Under the pieces are notes generated by a model, which saw nothing but the letters and a program-made list of their open reading frames with translations, did no database searches and was not told the DNA's origin. A stretch of 64,000 nt of DNA, taken from the NCBI RefSeq assembly GCF_006345805.1, contig NC_042998.1:207514001-207578000 (forward strand). Reading direction: 5' to 3'. Made by a program: the position numbers and the translations under genes. Positions 24,076-36,604 of this stretch are shown in pieces (the stretch's first letter is position 1; the number at the start of each line of letters is the position of its first letter). The DNA comes from Octopus sinensis. Its lineage: Eukaryota.

Positions 24076-24450
24076 GTGCAGGCATGGCTGTGCGGTAAGA
24101 AGTTTGTTTCCCAACCGCAGGGTTCTGGGTTCCGTCCCACTGCATGCATCACTTTGGGTAAGTGTCTTCTACTATAGCCTAGTGAATGGATTTGGTAGAC
24201 GGAGACTGAAAGAAGCCTGTTTTGTGTTTGTGTGTATGTGTGTGCATGTGCGTGTGTGTGTATATTCATTTGACAAGAATTTCTTTAAGATGGTGCTCCC
24301 ACATGGCCGCAATCTAAGAACTGAAACAAGTAAAAGGTAAAATCATGTTTTGAAATGAAAGCTTTTTTTTAAGAGTTCTTTTGTTTCTTTTTAATGTTTT
24401 GATTGTTTACTTCTTTTTCTTTCTTTCTTTCTTTCTTTCTTTCTTTCAAG

Positions 24451-24569
24451 CATTCTGTCCCTATCAGCAATGTATCCTCGCCCACCTCCAAGGAATGGCT
24501 ACAGAACCATGGCATTAAAGCTTTGCATATGACTTTCAAAGACTTTGTTGACAAAGGCAAATTAGTCGG
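24451..24569 (+). CDS. VWA3A: exon 3 (HSVPISNVSSPTSKEWLQNHGIKALHMTFKDFVDKGKLVG)
   Basis: (TTTC)n tract then CAAG|; donor GG|GTAAAA; S-x-x-W-L-x-x-H-G motif of VWA3 proteins. Confidence 0.9.
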
Positions 24570-24671
24570 GTAAAATTCCAGTTTATTTTTTTAAGTTTGT
24601 TTTTATGTTTAGTTATAATAAAAACGATAATAAATCTCTGAGTGCGGTATAAACAGTAGCTGCACGACATT

Positions 24672-25095
24672 GTGAAGTATATTTGCCACTTAAACGTGGC
24701 TAACCCCTAAGGGTGGATGCTACTGTAGCTTAGAGCCCCAGTAGTCGTGCAGCTACTGTTTACACCTCAATCAGAGATTCATTATTGCTTGATTACACTT
24801 TTTCAATATCAGTGACTTTTCGTCAATGGAAAAAGGATTTATATTTGCAAAGGGAGGCCTACTTTTCATCGACAACCACTGATTGTCACACGCTGATGAT
24901 GGGTCAATACCCAGAAACTCAAGTCCGTGTGTATCATAGGTTGAAGACGTGAAGGATGACTTCCCTTTGCAAATACTGATAGGGCACAGAAAGTGTGTCA
25001 ATAGCCAGCTGGAGGAGGTGTCCTCCTGGGACTACAAGCTGCAGCAGCATCCACCCTTAGGGGTTAGCCACATTTAAGTGGCAAATATACTTCAC
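24672..25095. mobile_element. ~425-bp foldback/MITE-like element with 60-bp TIRs and a central hammerhead ribozyme
   Basis: Arms 24672-24731 and 25036-25095 differ at 3 of 60 positions; inner inverted segments 24843-57/24960-74 and 24807-13/24975-81; solo arm copy at ~27517-27572. Confidence 0.85.
24880..24943 (+). ncRNA. complete type I hammerhead ribozyme; predicted cleavage after GUC, between 24925 and 24926
   Basis: CACACG-CUGAUGA(24893-99)-UGGGU CAAU ACCCA-GAAA(24914-17)-C UCAA G-UC-CGUGUG; 6-bp perfect stem I continued past a bulge by UGAU/AUCA and CAACC/GGUUG. Confidence 0.88.
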
Positions 25096-25152
25096 GATAT
25101 AAGCTGTTGACAGGGATTTCAAAGTTTTGGCCAGCTAAGCTGTCATCAGATA

Positions 25153-25700
25153 TATTTTGGTCATCCCATAAATAATGCAGTTTCTTTATTCTTCTTTTGT
25201 TTTTCAAAATTAAGATAACAATTTTTACCGGTGAATGTGTTAAATTATAAGGCACTAAAAGAGAATCACTCTCCCCAGACACAACAAGATAAACAAAGTT
25301 CTTTTTTAATCTAAAATATACTCTCCTTTATTTTCTACAATGCTCTTCCATCTCTCTGGGAGACTTGCAAAGCCCCGCTTCCAAAATTCACTCATCCATG
25401 ACAAAAAATATTCTTCCAGTACTGTTCTGACCTCGTCTACAGAATTCATATTTTCCCTGTCCAAATGATTTCGAAGATTGCAGAACAAATGATAATCAGA
25501 TGGGGCAATGTCCGGTGAATATGGTGGGTGGGGCGTCGTTTCCCATTCAAACTGCTCCAGCCTTTGAAATGTCATCCGCGCTGTATTTGGCCGAGCATTA
25601 TCCTGATGGAAGAACATCTTTCGTCTTGAAACCAAAGATGGTCGTTTTCCTTCTGGCGCTGACTTTAGCCACTCAAGCTGCTCACACAGCATCTCTCTTG
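25153..25700 (-). mobile_element. mariner (DD34D) transposon 3' remnant
   Basis: ORF 25306-25692: HQDNARP...PHPPYSPDIAPSDYHLF with 34 residues between the 2nd and 3rd Asp; TIR-like TATTTTGGTCATCCCATAAATAATGCAG at ~25153. Confidence 0.9.
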
Positions 25701-26577
25701 GTTTGGGTTTAAAAGTTCAAACTGGACTAAACCTTTCATATCCCACCAAACAGATAACAACACCTTACATGAGTGAAAACTTTCTTTAGCCTCAGGTGCA
25801 GGTGTTTCTCCTTTCCCTACTCACTGTCATTGGTGCTTGACGATTTTATAGAGAACCCATTTCTTGTCACCAGTCTCTATTCAGCCCAAAACAAGGATCA
25901 TTTGTGAGACGTGACTGCAAAGAAGAGCACACATTCACTCTCTGCATGTGATTAGACATGGAAATTTTGTGAGGAACCTATTGACCCAATTTGCTAACTT
26001 TTCCAATGGCACATGGGTGTCAATGAATGGTTGAATGTGTCTGTGTTTGTCCCCCCAACATCGCTTGACAACTGATGCTGGTGTGTTTACGTCCCCGTAA
26101 CTTAGCGGTTCAGCAAAAGCGACTGATAGAATAAGTACTAGGCCTACAAAGAATAAGTCTTGGGATCAATTTGTTCAACTAAAGGCAGTGCTCCAGCATG
26201 ACCACAGTCAAATGACTGAAACAAGTAAAAGAGTAAAGAGTAAAGAGAGTATATATCTATATGTTCACACACACAAACACACACACAAAACATCATGCTG
26301 TCAAAGAAACTGCTATATAACCACTCATCGTACTAGAAATAGCAGCCAGATCTTCCTTAAATCGTACCCAACAAACTTTAAAAAAAAACATGAATATTGA
26401 AAAATGGATGGAAATATCTTGGAAGATAGGATCTGCTGGGTAAAAGGGGTTTATCTAGTTCCCACCAATAACAACAACAGCAACAAGGTAGGAAGGATTT
26501 GAAGGGGGTTTGTCCCTGACTGTTGGTCCATTGAGACCCCTCATCTAACAGCGTCCTTGTTTGTTTTACCGTGTTAG

Positions 26578-26667
26578 ACCCCAGGCCGACCCATCCACGG
26601 GACAAGCTTCACACTATGTGGCGTTCAACCCTCTGGACATCGTGACCTTTCAAGAGAAACTCAACCT
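26578..26667 (+). CDS. VWA3A: exon 4 (PQADPSTGQASHYVAFNPLDIVTFQEKLNL)
   Basis: TTAG| ... CT|GTAAGT; phase 2-2. Confidence 0.88.
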
Positions 26668-27088
26668 GTAAGTAGCTTCTACCTCCTCCCTCTCCTCCTC
26701 CTCCTCATCATCATCATCATCATCACCACAACCACCACCACCACCACCACCACTACCAGCATCACCCCACCACCACCACCATCACCCCACCACCACCACC
26801 ATCACCCCACCACCACCACCATCATCATTATCATCACCATTACCACCACCACCCTCCCCATCCCACCGCCACCTCCACCACCACCATTATCACCATCATC
26901 ATCATCATTATCATCACCACCAGCACCACCACCACTTCCACCACCCCACCAAGACGATGATGATGGTGCTGATGATGATGATGCAAGCCATCATTTCGAT
27001 CCTCCCTCTTCGCCGTGCATACGATCCCTTGCCCTGCCTGCACGTTGTGTCTTGTGCCTCTCATCTATGTCGTCTGCTTGTTTTGCAG

Positions 27089-27143
27089 GGCCATGAAGAG
27101 TTACCAGCAACGAATCAACTGGCTCCTCCAAGGAAGCAGAAAG
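27089..27143 (+). CDS. VWA3A: exon 5 (AMKSYQQRINWLLQGSRK)
   Basis: TTTTGCAG| ... AAG|GTGAGT; matches YQERIQWLTENSKK. Confidence 0.92.
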
Positions 27144-28654
27144 GTGAGTCCCAAATACTGAAAAGGGGGCAACATTGCCTGAGGGGACCTCTACAGGTAG
27201 GCCTGTGTGGTTAAGCAGTCATGCTTCTCAACCACATGGTTTTATGTTCAATCCCACAGTGGGGGGCACTGATAGCCCTGGGTCTACCAATAACCCCTTG
27301 TGGAAACTGTGAGGAAGCCCATTATGTATATATGGGTTTATGTGTGTGTGTGTGTGTGTGTGTGTGTATTCTTTTATTTGTTTCAGTCATTTGACTGCCG
27401 TCATGCTGGAGCACCTCCTTTAGTCAAAGAAATCGATCCGAAGACTTATTCGTTGTAAGCTTAGTATTTATTCTATCGGTCTCTTTTGCCAAACTGCTAA
27501 GTTACTGGATGTAAAGCTACAGTAGCATCCACCCTTAGTGGTTAGCCACATTTAAGTGGCAAATATACTTCATATATATATATATATATATATATACATG
27601 CTACATTACATGGTGATTTGTAGTGAAAAATATGAAAAGGAAAACAATAATTTTATGTTGGACAATATATATATATATATTTAACTTATGATGAAAGTAA
27701 ACAAAGTTTGTTTTTAGAAGCGTTGAGATGTATTGAAAGATACAGAAATAAATTTTTTATTCTCAAACGTGTGATAATGCTAATAAAATAGCATGAACAG
27801 GATAAATTATCCATACAATGCAGGATCACAGGGATATGAGTTCAAGTCTCATGGCTGGCCAGTGACATATTTTTCTGCAATGTATGGATAATTTATCCTG
27901 TTCACGCTATTTTATTAGCATTATTATTGGTTTAAGAATTAAAAATTTACTTCTGTATAAATATATTTTTACATACTAGTAATAATAATAAAGAAAATGA
28001 AGAATTTGAACATCCAGACTTTCCGTTTGGTTTCATCATATCATCATCATCGTTTAACATCCGTTCTCCATGCTAGCATGGGTTGGACGGTTCAACTGGG
28101 GTCTGGGAAGCCAGAAGGCTTCGCCAGGCCCAGTCTGATCTGGCAGTGTTTCTACAGCTGGATGCCCTTCCTAACGCCAACCACTCCGTGAGTGTAGTGG
28201 GTGCTTTTTACGTGCCACCTGCACAGGTGCCAGGGGGGTCTGGCATCGGCCACGATCGGTTGGAGCTTTTTACGTGCCACCCGCACAGGTGCCAGGTGAG
28301 GCTGGCATCGGCCACGGTCGGATTGGTGCATTTTACGTGCCACCAGCACGGAAGCCAGTCGAGGCGACACTGGCTTCGGCCACGATTCGGGTGGTGCTTT
28401 TTACGTACCACCAGTCTAGGGGTCCTATGCACAGCTTATCAAAGATGCACAGTTGCTGAGATAAACATCAAAAACATGATTCTGAAAGAACTTCATCAAT
28501 TATCTGAAGTGTCTTTCTCTATGAAACATTCAAATTATTAATTCCATAAACCAAATTATAATAATAGAGTATAGAACTTCTCTTGGCAAACAGTTGTCAT
28601 ATACTGACAGCTGATTAAATATTAATTCTAGTTTCTGAAAATTAAACAAATGGA

Positions 28655-28770
28655 CACAAAATCCCACCGAATAGGACATGAGTCTAAAATTCCCACCAAA
28701 TAGGACATGAGTCTAATTCCCACCGAATAGGACATGAGCCTAAAATTCCACCGAATAGGACATGAGTCTG
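28655..28770. repeat. ~28-30-bp minisatellite (AATTCCCACCGAATAGGACATGAGTCTA) x4
   Basis: Directly visible. Confidence 0.85.
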
Positions 28771-29560
28771 TCTCAGTATAACTAAGCAAATACATAAACT
28801 CACAGTGCTGTCATGCTTAAGGCAGAGAACTATATTCCATGGGTGTTTAGTTATAGCTAAATATTGCTGATGAATCAACATGAAGCTATGATCTAAAAAA
28901 TGCTTTACATAAGCATTGTAACATCTGGTGAATTATTCCAGTTTGATGACATGAAAGCAGATGGCATATTTTCCTGGCTAAGCATCTCTCTATAGCAGGT
29001 AACATTCTACGGATCTAGTATTTATTTCTCCCTAAAGTTAGAGGAAGAATAAGACATTCTGCCCAGAAACACAAGGAAATTATTGCAACAGCAAGTAGTC
29101 AATACGATTAACCATTAACTAATCTCCCTTTAGTAATTATCCAATATGTGTTTCGATCATATCAACTGCAAATTGCTACTTATTTATATGCAGTGATGTA
29201 TGCATAGTTTGTATGATCTCTTCGGGATGAAAAAATATGTAATTGTTCAAGGAGTAATTCTCCTTGTTATTAGTTTAAATCAGGCTTGGTAGTGGTTGCT
29301 CAATGATGAGTTGCTATTCACACACACACACACACATATTAATAAAATAGTATATTTACATAGTCGACCGGTTTCACTTGTGCTAATCATGACTAAGTAG
29401 TTAGTGATAATGATACAATTTCGTGCTATCATAATAAGTTTTCATTATATATTTGTAGTAGGAATATATTTGTACATGTATATACACATATATGTGTATC
29501 AAAGTACTCAGACACTAATATGTACACATGTATAATAATATTCTGCAAATATCTTTCCAG

Positions 29561-29662
29561 GTGTTTGGGGTGTCAACAGTGAGGAGTGTAGCTGTGGCTG
29601 TTGACTGTTCCGGTCACAACACTGGTTATGGTCGACTGGAAACTCTGCAACAGTTTCTTCTG
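29561..29662 (+). CDS. VWA3A: exon 6 (VFGVSTVRSVAVAVDCSGHNTGYGRLETLQQFLL), start of VWA domain 1
   Basis: TTTCCAG|; 3' end set by homology and phase; the donor CTG|GTTCTT is weak. Confidence 0.8.
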
Positions 29663-29787
29663 GTTCTTCCTATTCTTTTCTTACCAATTTTTATTTTTGC
29701 TTTTTGTATTCCTATCTATGCTTGAGTGTTGTACTAAACCATTAGCATTATTTACATTATTTACATAGAAATCTCTAAAAAATTCGT

Positions 29788-29854
29788 TATTACCGTATTG
29801 GTCCAATTTCGGGGTTAATTCATAAGAAAATTTTCCCCTCTTCAGCGGCAAATA
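29788..29854 (-). ncRNA. type I hammerhead ribozyme (left arm of inverted pair)
   Basis: Reverse complement of the 29972-30038 motif: UUGCCG CUGAAGA GGGG[20]CCCC GAAA UUG GAC CAA UA CGGUAA. Confidence 0.82.
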
Positions 29855-29971
29855 CGCGAGATGTGCCGAAGATTTTTCTATTTTGGATATATTTGGGGTA
29901 CTTAAGTCTGCTCAAGGCTTAGTGCTTGCTTTTTCCATGGGTGTGAGTAGGTATTTCACTTATATCTCGCA

Positions 29972-30038
29972 TATTTGCCGCTGAAGAGGGGAAAATTTTC
30001 TTATGAATTAACCCCGAAATTGGACCAATACGGTAATA
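29972..30038 (+). ncRNA. type I hammerhead ribozyme (right arm); predicted cleavage after AUA, between 30030 and 30031
   Basis: UUGCCG-CUGAAGA(29981-87)-GGGG..CCCC-GAAA(30016-19)-UUG GAC CAA-UA-CGGUAA. Confidence 0.82.
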
Positions 30039-30155
30039 ACGAATCTTTTAGAGATTTCTATCAGTTTGTTTCGAGACGCATAAATTATAATGGTTATCAA
30101 TAATTTTTTGTTTCGGCATATTTGGCATTAGAATTTTTCTTCTGCCCTTATCTTG

Positions 30156-30188
<33 letters not shown>

Positions 30189-30411
30189 TGCATGTATGTA
30201 TGTACACACACACATACAAATGAGTCGAGCTTCGGTTTGTTGAGAGAGCTAATTTTTTTCTTCACTCTGTAAATTACATAAAAAGTCATTCCCAAATTCT
30301 TTCGCCTGTTTCACATTTGACCGAGATTAATCTTGGCTCCACAAATGTCGAGTCTGTTTATTCCCATTTATTTATTCTTTTTCTTCATATTTTGTTTTTC
30401 TTTCCATTTAG

Positions 30412-30518
30412 CAATTGATAGACGAGCAGCTCTGCAAGAAATCTTCTTTCTACCTGACATCGTTTGGCTCAGGAACGCAACCTCTTTGGTCAACAAGTCA
30501 GCAAGTTAATCCGAAAAC
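30412..30518 (+). CDS. VWA3A: exon 7 (QLIDEQLCKKSSFYLTSFGSGTQPLWSTSQQVNPKT)
   Basis: Long pyrimidine tract + TTAG|; AC|GTGCGT; matches LIDEQLSHKEKLFVLSFG. Confidence 0.9.
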
Positions 30519-30706
30519 GTGCGTAAAAACCAAAAAAAAAAAAAAGACAACATTTTACCTTTTCTCTGAATTTGTTTTTGGCTTAAAACATTCGTCAGAT
30601 TCTCGTGACATTTACGTTGTTGAGGTTTAAACAAAGCCAGCGATAAATTATTTGACCTCTCTCTGTAAACAACAACCTTCTGGTTAATCATCATCACCAT
30701 CATCAC

Positions 30707-30799
<93 letters not shown>

Positions 30800-30892
30800 T
30801 ATCATCACCACCACCACCACCACCACCACCATCAGAATCATCATCATCATCATCATCATCACCACCACCACCACCACCACCATCACCATCAC

Positions 30893-30930
<38 letters not shown>

Positions 30931-32795
30931 ACATTATCACCACCACCACCACCACCACCACCACCACCACCACCACCATCACCATCATCATCATCATCAT
31001 TTAACGTCCGTTTTCTATGCTGGCATGGGTTGGACGGTTTAACTGAGGACTGACGAACCAGATAGCTGCAGCAGGCTCCAATCTGATCATATTTCTTTAC
31101 TACCCACAAGGGGCTAAACACAGAGGGGAGACAAACAAGGACAGACAAAGAGATTAAGTCGACTATATCGACTCCAGTGCGTAACTGGTACTTATTTAAT
31201 TGACCCCGAAAGGATGAAAGGCAAAGTTGACCTCGGTGGAATTTGAACTCAGAACGTAGTGACAGACGAAATACCTCTAAGCATTTTGCCCGGCCTGCTA
31301 ATGTTTCTGCCAGTTTGCCACCTTATTGCTCCAATCTGATCTGTCAGTGTTTCTACAGCTGGATACCCTTCCTGACGACAACCACTCCGAGTGTGTAGTG
31401 GGTGGTTTTTATGTGCTACAAGCATGGGAGCCAGTCAGGCGGCACTGACATTGGCCATGTTCAGATAGTGCTTTTTACGTGCTACCGGCACAGAAGCTAG
31501 TCGGGCAGGGAGGCTGGCATCAACCATGTTCAGATGGTGCTTTTTACATGCCACCGGCATGGGGAGCCAGCCTTGTGGCACTGGCAACGACCCAAAATAA
31601 GTCTTATGGCTACAACAATGAACCAAAATTATGCCTGACGCTGTTACACTGTAGCTATGTCCATCACAGTGAAGGTACATGGCTTAGAGGTTAGGCTGTT
31701 TCACTTATGCTCTTTTTTCTCCATCCTGGAGCACCACCTTTAGTCAAGGAAATCGACCCCAGGACTTATTCTTTGTAAACCTAGTACTTTCTGTATTGGT
31801 CTCTTTTGCCGAACTGCAAAGTTACAGGGATGTAAACACCAGCATCAGTTGTCAAGCGATGTTGAGGGAACAAACATACAAACACGCACACACGTATTCA
31901 TATATACGACAGGCTTCTTCCAGTTTCCTTCGACCAAATCCACTCACAAGGCTTTGGTCGGCCCGAGGCTATAGTCGAAGACACTTACTGAAGGTGCCAG
32001 GCAGTGGGAATGAACCCGGAACCATGTGATTAGTAAGCAAGCTACTTACCACACAGCCACTGTGTAAGTTCAAGAGTTCAATTCCTAGGAGTGCATTATG
32101 ACCTTGAGCAAGACACTTTATTTTTCATTGCTCCAGTCCACTCCACTCAGCTGGTAAAAATGAGTCGTACGTGTAATTCAGAAGGGGTCAGCCTTGTCAC
32201 ATTCTGTGTCATACTGAATCTCCTTGAGAACTTACGTTAGGGGTACACATGTCTATGGAGTACTCAGCCACTTGCTTGTTAATTTCACTGCTGGATGTCT
32301 GTCAATCGGATCAGTGGCAACACGTGTTGTCATAACCAACACACTGCACCAGGTAATGGGTGTGTCTGTGTCATCATTCGGTACTTTTCCAGGTTTATAA
32401 TCTTCAGGATATTACTTAACATGCTTACATTTTTCCATGTATGTAGGTATGTATGTGTGTATGTATTTATATATATATATATGTGTGTGTTTATACGCAT
32501 GTATGTATATATATACATATGTATGTGTGTGTGTGTGTATGTATGTATATTATATGTTGTGTATGTATGTATGTATATATATGTGTGTGTGTGATTGTAT
32601 GTATGTATATATATATATATATATGTATGCGTGTATGCATGTGTGTATGTATGTGTGTATATATGGATGTATGTATGTATATATATGTGTGTGTGTGTAT
32701 ATGTATGTATGTATAAATGTATATATATATATATATGTGTGTATGTGTGTATGTATGTATATATATATATATATGTGTGCATATATGCACATATG

Positions 32796-32832
<37 letters not shown>

Positions 32833-34290
32833 ATGTATATATGTATGTATATATACATGTGTGTGTGTATATATGTATGTATGTATATATATGTGTATAT
32901 ATGTATGTATGTATATATGTGTGTGTATATGAGTGTGTATATGTATGTATATATGCATATATATGTGTGTGTGTATATGTATGTATATATGTATGTATGT
33001 GTGTGTGTAGATGTACATGGTCCTTGGCTCATGACAGTAAGGTAGTGAGTTCAATTCCTAGTGGTATGTGGTTTCCTTGAGCAAGACACTTTACTTCACA
33101 TTGCTCCAGTCCACTCACCTGGCAAAAATGTAATTCAAAGAGTCAGCCTTGTCCCAGTCTGCGTCACACTTAATCTCCCAGAGAACTTGCATTAAGCGTA
33201 CACATGTCTGTGGGGTACTCGGCCACTCAAACATTAATTTCCCATGCAGGCTGTTCCATTGATCAAATCCATTAGAAGGTGGTGAGCTGGCAGAATCGTT
33301 AGCAGGTTGGGCGAAATGCTTAGCGGTATTTCGTCTGCCGCTACGTTCTGAGTTCAAATTCCGCCGAGGTCGACTTTGCCTTTCATCCTTTCGGGGTCGA
33401 TAAATTAAGTACCAGTTATGCACTGGGGTCGATGTAATCGACTTAATCCGTTTGTCTGTCCTTGTTTGTCTCCTCTGTGTTTAGCCCCTTGTGTGTAGTA
33501 AAGAAATAGGTATTTCGTCTGCCGTTACGTTCTGAGTTCAAATTCAGCCGAGGTCGACTTTGCCTTTCATTCTTTTGGGGTCGATTAAATAAGTACCAGT
33601 TACGCACTGGGGTCGATATAATCGACTTAATCCGTTTGTCCTTGTTTGTCCTCTCTGTGTTTAGCCCCTTGTGTGTAGTAAAGAAATAAGTATTTCGTCA
33701 GCCGTTACATTCTGAGTTCAAATTTCGACGAGGTTGACTTTGCTTTTCATCCTTTCAGGGTCAATTAAATAAGTACCAGTTACACACTGGGGTCGATATA
33801 ATCGACTTAATCCGTTTGTATGTCCTTGTTTGTTCTCTCTGTGTTTAGCCCCTTGTGCGTAGTACAGAAATAAGTATTTTGTCAGCCGTTACGTTCTGAG
33901 TTCAAATTCTACCGAGGTCGATTTTGCCTTTCATCCTTTCGGGGGTCGATTAAATAAGTACCAGTTACGTACTGGGGTCGATATAATCATCTTAATCTGT
34001 CTGTCTGTTCTTGTTTGTCTCCTCTATATTTAGCCCCTTGTGGGTAATAAAGAAATAAGAACTTTTGTTGTTGTAACCTATGGAGCGCCAGTGTGTTAAT
34101 CACACTTCCAAACTTTGGTCATTCTCTGGAGTTCCGTGAAGGACACCGTTCCATAGACTCACCATTTTGTGTAACGAACTGACCTGAAGGAACTACTCCA
34201 CCCTGCCTCGTGGACTGTCCCCGCCCGGCCCCTAAGACCCTTGTCCCAGCCATGTGTGCTCTGTTCCAATATTCCGTCTCTCTGTTGCAG

Positions 34291-34416
34291 GATCAATGGT
34301 GCCAGGCAGTGGGTGCAGCAACTGCAGCAGCAGGATGGCTGCAACGTGTTGCAGGTGTTGAAGGACATTGCACAACTGAAGAACCTGGATTCTGTCATTC
34401 TGATTCTGGGATCCGT
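34291..34416 (+). CDS. VWA3A: exon 8 (INGARQWVQQLQQQDGCNVLQVLKDIAQLKNLDSVILILGSV)
   Basis: TTGCAG| ... GT|GTAAGT; phase 2-2; matches WVKTLQPDGGSNLLQALKK. Confidence 0.92.
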
Positions 34417-35169
34417 GTAAGTCTACGTTCTGACAATGTCTAAACACACACACACACAGATATACATGCACGGACATATACAGGCACACACACACACACA
34501 CACACACAGATACACAGGCACACACACACATATACAGGCACACACACACACACACACACAGATACACAGGCACACACACACATATACAGGCACAGACATA
34601 TACAGACACACATATACAGGCATACACTCACACATACACAGGCTCACACACACATATGCAGACACACACACACATATACATGCACACACTCACATACACA
34701 CTTACAGATATACACACACATATACAGGCACAAACATATACAGACACTCACACATATACAGGCATGGACACACACTTACATACACATGCACACACACACA
34801 CATACATGCAAAGACATATACAAGCACTCACTCACATACACATATACATATATACATGCAAACACACACACAAACACACATAAATATACACGCACACACA
34901 CATAATCACGCACACACATATACAGGCACACATTCACATACATATGCACATACACACACGCAATTATAATCATATTGGTTTCAAATTGTGTCACAAGGCC
35001 AGCCATTTTAGAGGAGGGGGGTCAGTTGATTACACTGACCCCCCCCCCCAGTGCTCAGTTGGTACTTAATCTATTGACCCCAAAAGGATGAAGGGCAAAG
35101 TTGACCCTAGCAGAATTTGAACTCAGAATGTCAAGACAGATGAAATGCTGCCAAGAATTTTGCCAGCTT

Positions 35170-36600
35170 GCTGCCTTCAGCAGACACTCTAAATGGTCCT
35201 GGCAAGTCGGACCGCTGAAGTTTCTCAAATTGCCCTTTTGGGACGGTTCTTCTTTTTCTGTTTACGTGGCACTGATGCTGTACATGCTGCCCATATTGAG
35301 TCCAGGATACTCTGGAGTATAGTATTCACATCTCCAGAGTTGTAGAATTCACGCCAGTTTGGGTGCTGTAGTTCAGTGTGGTACAGGTTCCAATCTGCTC
35401 TCTTCCAATCAAAGGAAGCAGATTGGAGATGGTTCAGGTGTTTGTTGCCCGCAAGAGCCAGGTTGGCGATGATCATAGCATGATCAGAGTCACCTAGAGG
35501 TTCCTCCATAGTGCAATTGATAACCGCTTCAGGAGTTGTGGTGAAGAGCAGGTCCAGGGTGTTGTCGCCTCTTGTTGGAGAGGTGACTACTTGTGACCAG
35601 TTTGAGTCCAGCACAAGCTCAACAAAATCGTTTGCACTCTGTGGCCAATGGAAGGTTTCCCAATTGATCTCAGGATGATTGAAATCGCCTGCAATAAACA
35701 CATAAGTGGCTGTTTTCCTGGCAGCAGCTCGGAGGATATTGCAAAGCTGTGTGTCCTGATGGTAATTTGGGGGACGATAAACAACGCCAAGCAAGAGTGT
35801 TGACATGGTCATACGTACGTCACAGAAAAAAACTTCTTCTTGTGATTCGTTCAAATCGACACAAGGAATTACCAAAAAATTTGAATGAACGTAGACCATC
35901 ATACCACCACCACGGCGGTTAATGCGGTCCTTACGGAAGAGGTTGTACCCCGTAATGTTGAAAACCCCATCACAGAGTAAGGAATGCGCCCATGTTTCCG
36001 TGACAGTGATGAAGTCAGGGTCAATACTTCTGACGTAGGCGTTGAACAAACGTATTTTGTTGCATAAACTGTGAGCATTTAAGGACAACAATTTGTACCC
36101 TGCTTGCAGTTTATGATGGTGTGTAGAGGATGGCAGGTTGTTCTGGCTTAGTTTCCCTGAGTTGCTGTAGTCTTTTTAGATTTTTTTTCAGTGTTAGTTA
36201 TTGTGGGTAGAGAGCATTCAGACCAGCTGGTATCTCTCTTCCACGTTTCAGCAGTCTTAACAAATCTCCAGATTTGTCCATCTTCCCGAAGACTGAAGCT
36301 TTCTTGTAGAGCTGAGTTCCGGTTCAGGGAAGCCGCTACACGTAGCTTTGGACGTACATCGGACGGTAAGCCTGGGCGTGTTCAGAAGGTGGTCCGATTT
36401 TCACGCCCAGCTTTAACTGAGGCCAGATGGTAAGAGATTGCCTCAGCATGGTCTGAAAAAGACAGCTTGATGAGCCTGGGTTTTGGGCCAGGTCGTCCAA
36501 GGCAGAGAGCACCCGCTGGGGGAACGCAGCCTAGGTCTTTGGCTGAGTTGGCAGCAAATGCCTGAAGATCAGCCATGTCTTCTGGCACCCCAATGGCAAT
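35170..36600 (-). mobile_element. CR1-like LINE fragment: ORF1 3' part + uninterrupted AP-endonuclease domain, no RT
   Basis: ORF 35225-36091: NAHSL..K, VTETW, GGG, YRPP, GDFN, SPTRGDNTLDL, GDSDH. The upstream ORF1-like peptide contains LGRPGPKPRLIKLSF. Confidence 0.9.
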
Positions 36601-36604
36601 AACT

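Noticed and set aside
25105-25150. Minus-strand CUGAUGA-CAGC-UUA-GCUG just outside the rod element (possible opposite-polarity ribozyme)
   Set aside because: Not followed by GAAA and no stem I or III; I found no minus-strand hammerhead inside the rod.
28655-28770. Short regular repeats here and at 7300-7575 as CRISPR-like arrays
   Set aside because: Adjacent tandem units without unique spacers in a eukaryotic intron or intergenic context; ordinary minisatellites.
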